From Nitrosopumilaceae archaeon (lineage in GTDB: Archaea > Thermoproteota > Nitrososphaeria > Nitrososphaerales > Nitrosopumilaceae), in assembly GCA_965203465.1 (NCBI GenBank), contig CBDBCR010000001.1, positions 962,306 through 1,026,305 on the forward strand: DNA of 64,000 bases, in the 5' to 3' direction. Numbering within the stretch: the first letter of the stretch is position 1; each line of letters starts with the position of its first letter. Both the position numbers and the translations under genes were made by a program. Below the pieces are notes generated by a model, which was given only the letters and a program-made list of their open reading frames with translations, did not search any database and had not been told where the DNA came from. Shown piece after piece: positions 60,072-64,000 of this stretch.

Positions 60072-61042
60072 GCGCGCCCGGCGCCGGGCGTCCTGCCCAT
60101 CTGCTCGAGCATCTCCATGTCCTGGGACGCCTCGTTGCCGCCCATTGTAAGGTACCCCGAGGTTATGATGCCGTTGGCGCCGGCCTCGAGCAGCGCCCGG
60201 CCCGAGTCGCCGGTGGCAGTCTCGCGCCCGCCGGAGATCTTTATTATCGAGCGGGGCAGGGCCAGCCTCAGGACGGCAAAGACGCGCAGCGCCTCGCCGG
60301 GGGGGAGGGGCGGCTGCATCTCCAGCGGCGTGCCCGGGACCGGCACGAGCATGTTGACGGTGACCTCTTCGGGCTCGAGGGCGGCTATCTCGACTGCCAG
60401 CTCGAGCCTCTGGCGGCGCGTCTCGCCCAGGCCTATTATCCCGCCGGTGCACAGCTCCAGGCCTGCCCCGCGCGCGGCCAGCAGCGTGTCTATCCGGTCC
60501 TGGTACGAGTGGGTGGTGCAGATCTCGGCGAACTTTGAGCGCGCCGTCTCCAGGTTGTGGTTGTACCTCTTTACGCCGGCCGACTTTAGCGCGCGCGCCT
60601 CGGCCCCGTCCAGGAAGCCCAGGCTGCACTCCACCTCGATGCCGACCTCGGAGCGTATGCGGCGCGCCACGCCGCAGACTTTTTCGAGCTCGCCGGGCGG
60701 CGGCCTCCTCCAAGCGGCCACCAGGCAGTACGAGCCTGCGCCCTGCTCCTTGGCGCGCCGGGCCGCGTCGACTATCCGGTCGGCGGGGGGCAGCCGGTAC
60801 GTCTCTGTGCCGGTGTCGTACAGGGCCGATTGGGCGCAGAACGTGCAGTCCTCGCTGCACGCGTTCTTTTTGATGTTGTGCAGCTGCTCCACGTCGACGC
60901 CCGAGCCCCACACGGCCCTGGTCACGCGGCCGGCCGCGCGGGCCAGCTCCGCCTCGTCCGGATGGTACATCAGCTCTTCCATCTGTCCGGGGCCGGCGCC
61001 CCTGCCGGCAGCGGCCTCGCTGGCGCACGCCTCGAGCGTCAT
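60068..61042 (-). CDS. bioB: Biotin synthase
   Basis: CSEDCTFC radical SAM motif, YNHNLET, CTGGIIGLGE. Confidence 0.94.
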   Translation of the reverse strand: MTLEACASEAAAGRGAGPGQMEELMYHPDEAELARAAGRVTRAVWGSGVDVEQLHNIKKNACSEDCTFCAQSALYDTGTETYRLPPADRIVDAARRAKEQGAGSYCLVAAWRRPPPGELEKVCGVARRIRSEVGIEVECSLGFLDGAEARALKSAGVKRYNHNLETARSKFAEICTTHSYQDRIDTLLAARGAGLELCTGGIIGLGETRRQRLELAVEIAALEPEEVTVNMLVPVPGTPLEMQPPLPPGEALRVFAVLRLALPRSIIKISGGRETATGDSGRALLEAGANGIITSGYLTMGGNEASQDMEMLEQMGRTPGAGRA

Positions 61043-61057
61043 GGGGCCGGCGCCGCC

Positions 61058-62311
61058 TCACCCCGACTTAATTCTTGCCCGGGCCACGTCGCGCACCGTC
61101 CGCAGGGCGCGCTCCAGCATCATGTCCAGCTCGGCCCTGCCCACGGCCAGCGGCGGCACGAGCAGGACCGTATCGCCCAGCGTCCTCAGGTATATGCCGC
61201 GCCGCCTGCCGGCCAGGTACACCTGCCTGTTGGCAGAGACGCCGCCGCGGCCCGGCGCGAGATCGACTGCCAGCACCATCCCGGCCTGCCTCGCGCCCAG
61301 CACGCCGTCCGCCAGGAATTCGGGGGCCGCTGAGGCCATGGCCCTTGCCGACCTGGCCACGCGCCCGAGCAGGCGGCGCCTGGCGTACAGCTGCAGGTTC
61401 TTGTCGGCGCACGCGGCGGCCACGGGGTTGCCCGTGTACGTGTGGCCGTGGAACAGGTGCCTCTTGGAGCCGTAGCTTCCGAGGAACGACCTGTACACCC
61501 TGCCGCTGGCCAGCGTGGCGGCCATCGGCAGGTACCCCCCGGTCAGCGACTTGCCGTACACGGCGATGTCGGGCGCGCCGCCCAGGCCCTGGTAGCAGGC
61601 CATGCCGCCCATCCTGCCGAGGCCCGAGGCCACCTCGTCCAAGACGAGCAGCGCCCCGGCCTTTCTGCATATGCGGCGCACGGCGCTCTGGAACCCGCGC
61701 GGGTACGCGCGCGCGCCGCCGGCCATCTGTATGCCGCTCTCCATCAGCAGAACGGATGCGTCATTTGAGGCCGCCTCGACGGCCGCGAGCGACTCTTGGA
61801 CAGAAGAGTCCGCGGGCGCCGGCAGCCGCTTCACCGGTATGCGGTGCCCCGCAAAGCTGGAAAAAAAGTCCGAGTACCCCGCCGACATGGCGCCGAACGT
61901 GTCGCCGTGGTACCCGCCGGTGAGCGAGGCCACCGTTATTTTGCCGCGCCGGCCCTCGTTGCGCCAGTACTGTATGGCCATCTTTAGGCCTATCTCGACC
62001 GCCGCCGAGCCGCTCTCCGAGAACGAGACGGACCGCATGCCGGGCAGCGCGCCGACCAGGCGCGAGGCGAGGCGCTCGGCGGGCCCGTGCGTGAGGTTGA
62101 ACAGCGGGGAGTGTTGCAGGACTTTGGCCTGCCTGCATATCGCTTTTACCAGCTCCGGCTCGCCGTGCCCCCAGACGTTGCACCACATCGAGGCCACCCC
62201 GTCGAGCATCTTCCTGCCGCGCGAGTCGTACAGCCACATGCCCCTGCCGCGCACGATGCGGTCGAACCGGGGCCACTCGGACATCTGCGTGTTGGGGTGC
62301 CAGACCTTCAC
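61058..62311 (-). CDS. bioA: Adenosylmethionine-8-amino-7-oxononanoate aminotransferase
   Basis: VWHPNTQM, SMWCNVWGH, YHGDTFGAMS, DEVASGLGR, GKSLTGGYLP, HGHTYTGNP. GTG 62311. Confidence 0.93.
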   Translation of the reverse strand: MKVWHPNTQMSEWPRFDRIVRGRGMWLYDSRGRKMLDGVASMWCNVWGHGEPELVKAICRQAKVLQHSPLFNLTHGPAERLASRLVGALPGMRSVSFSESGSAAVEIGLKMAIQYWRNEGRRGKITVASLTGGYHGDTFGAMSAGYSDFFSSFAGHRIPVKRLPAPADSSVQESLAAVEAASNDASVLLMESGIQMAGGARAYPRGFQSAVRRICRKAGALLVLDEVASGLGRMGGMACYQGLGGAPDIAVYGKSLTGGYLPMAATLASGRVYRSFLGSYGSKRHLFHGHTYTGNPVAAACADKNLQLYARRRLLGRVARSARAMASAAPEFLADGVLGARQAGMVLAVDLAPGRGGVSANRQVYLAGRRRGIYLRTLGDTVLLVPPLAVGRAELDMMLERALRTVRDVARARIKSG

Positions 62312-62695
62312 GCGGGCGCGCGCGCCCGCGCGCAATAAAAACGGGCCTCCGGCGATGCGCGTGATCACAAAAGCGTCCCGATCCGGCACGAAAAGCGCCC
62401 GCCTGCATGAATCTCGGCGGATGGCGGCGCGCGCGCCGGCCTCGGCCGCTTCGGGGATCCGGCGCCCGGCCGCGCTCTCGCCCTTTCCGGCCTGCCGCGC
62501 CCGGCGACTGGATTCCGCGCGAATCCGCGGCCGGCAAAACGGGATTCGCGCGGGGATCTGATGGCCCACCTGCGGGACCGGCCTTGTTCGACAATTCCGC
62601 GATCCGTGCCTGAGCGGCCGTTTTTCGGCCGATCAGTCCGCGCAGGCACGAAAATACGAACTGCGCAAGCCGCCGAATCGCTATGCTCTTATACC

Positions 62696-62709
62696 GGGGG
62701 GGGGGGGGG
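62696..62709 (+). repeat. G14 homopolymer at the 5' end of the second surface-protein gene
   Basis: Counted 14 G, lying between TTATA (62689-62693) and TTG 62717, downstream of an out-of-frame ATG 62683. Confidence 0.9.
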
Positions 62710-62716
62710 TGGCAGG

Positions 62717-64000
62717 TTGGAAGCCTCACGCGCAGTCTTGCTGGCGGCGTTCTTGTCGATGGGCTTGGCGGCAGCATCTGCGGCTCCCGCATACGCTGTA
62801 AACCTGACCGACGCCGGGCCCAACCTGGTCGTAGACTGGGGCGATACGGTCACGCTCGACGGCTCGGCCTCGTTCGGCACGTCGACCAGCGTACTTCCCA
62901 CCAGCCAGACGTGGCGCCAGTATACCGGCGACACCCTGCAGGTCACCATAGACAACCCCAACGATCTGGTCACTACGTTTACCACAGACGCCGGCTCGCT
63001 GGCAGGCAGGAATCTCACCTTCTTCCTGGACGCGACTTTCGCAAGCGGCGCACAGCACACCGACCACGTAAGCGTCACGCTGCGCCCGATGCGACTCATG
63101 GCGCCCGGAGAGGAACTCACCCAGACCCTCATAACAAACATGGACACGGGCACCCTAAAGCTGTCCGACCGCACCTACACCTTTGGCGACGCCGAAAAAA
63201 GAACCATGGTGATCGACAACAGAGCGATAAAGCTGAAAGGGCCGGCCGTGATAACCGGACAAGTCGATTTCATCATAGACCGGAGCGACGTGGCGATAGA
63301 AGACATCACTTTCCGAGACATGGTCCAGCCGTCCAACACGCTGAACGCAGAGGCGAGCAACAGCGGGGTGATCACGGTGGGAAGGTACTACAACGCCGCG
63401 CCCCGGGACAACATCTCCATAACGGGAAACACATTCGACAACACTACACACAACGGCGTGGTGCTGTTTTCGCCCCAGGGTTCGCTGTTCAGGAACGTAG
63501 TCATCTCCAACAACACCCTGATAGACATCGGGCGCAACGTGGATCTTGCCCCGGGGCAGGAGATAGTGGATGCAGAACTCCGGACCGCTATCGGGGGCGG
63601 GGGGACTAGGGCAGACGGCCTCTTCATACAAAACAACGTCATACGGAACCCCACGTACGCCGGGATAAACTTGGGCGATTCGTTGCTCAGGAACACGCAC
63701 GTGAGCGGAAACACGATATCGAACATGCCCGCGTCGGGCATACAGCACGCCTCGCAGCCGGGCAGGGACTATGCGGGCGAGGTCGTGTACATTTACGAAA
63801 ACGAGATAACTGGAGCGAACAACAGCCCGTTCTACCTCAAAGTGGCCAACGTCGGCGGCGAGCTTGTATGGAGCGACAGCGAGAACCAGATACCGACTCC
63901 CAAGGCGGCGATCCTGGTCTGGGCGGCGGACAACCGCGCCACCAAGATATACGACAATGTCATACGGGACGGCCGCAACGGCCTGTTGATCTGCCAGGGC
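62717..64000 (+). CDS. Large secreted or surface protein, PKD/K319-like domain then parallel beta-helix repeats (runs off the window)
   Basis: Open frame to the window end. Signal peptide (LLAAFLSMGLAAASAAPAYA), DAGPNLVV..VTLDGSAS..WRQ, then repeated I.I.GN.F/I units. Confidence 0.82.
   Translation, partial: MEASRAVLLAAFLSMGLAAASAAPAYAVNLTDAGPNLVVDWGDTVTLDGSASFGTSTSVLPTSQTWRQYTGDTLQVTIDNPNDLVTTFTTDAGSLAGRNLTFFLDATFASGAQHTDHVSVTLRPMRLMAPGEELTQTLITNMDTGTLKLSDRTYTFGDAEKRTMVIDNRAIKLKGPAVITGQVDFIIDRSDVAIEDITFRDMVQPSNTLNAEASNSGVITVGRYYNAAPRDNISITGNTFDNTTHNGVVLFSPQGSLFRNVVISNNTLIDIGRNVDLAPGQEIVDAELRTAIGGGGTRADGLFIQNNVIRNPTYAGINLGDSLLRNTHVSGNTISNMPASGIQHASQPGRDYAGEVVYIYENEITGANNSPFYLKVANVGGELVWSDSENQIPTPKAAILVWAADNRATKIYDNVIRDGRNGLLICQG

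Noticed and set aside
62683-63609. 308-aa ORF from ATG 62683
   Set aside because: Arg/His-rich off-frame translation of the real surface-protein gene, produced by the G14 frame.

Overview
High-GC chromosome segment from an ammonia-oxidising-type archaeon (Nitrosopumilaceae, Cenarchaeum-like; a host-associated lifestyle is inferred, not shown). Most of it is housekeeping: ribosomal protein clusters, secY, secE, spt5, leuS, alaS, fen, sucCD, acs, pckA, thiDN, bioA-bioB-bioF, a CdvA-like gene and two intron-containing tRNAs. Accessory DNA comprises a low-GC type III restriction-modification locus, a defence-like island after tRNA-Val (HipA-like kinase with DUF3037-like partner, plus a decayed PD-(D/E)xK gene pair), a complete ISH3-like IS and a remnant of one of its ends, a DUF5678/aspartyl-protease pair, a 2448-aa FG-GAP surface protein and the start of a second large surface protein. 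The main unexplained signal is three G14 homopolymers, each at the 5' end of a different accessory gene. As assembled, the tract puts the type III mod gene out of frame, leaves the FG-GAP gene in frame, and either frameshifts the second surface gene or forms its promoter spacer. This pattern suggests slipped-strand phase variation and a possible archaeal phasevarion, and it needs read-level confirmation.
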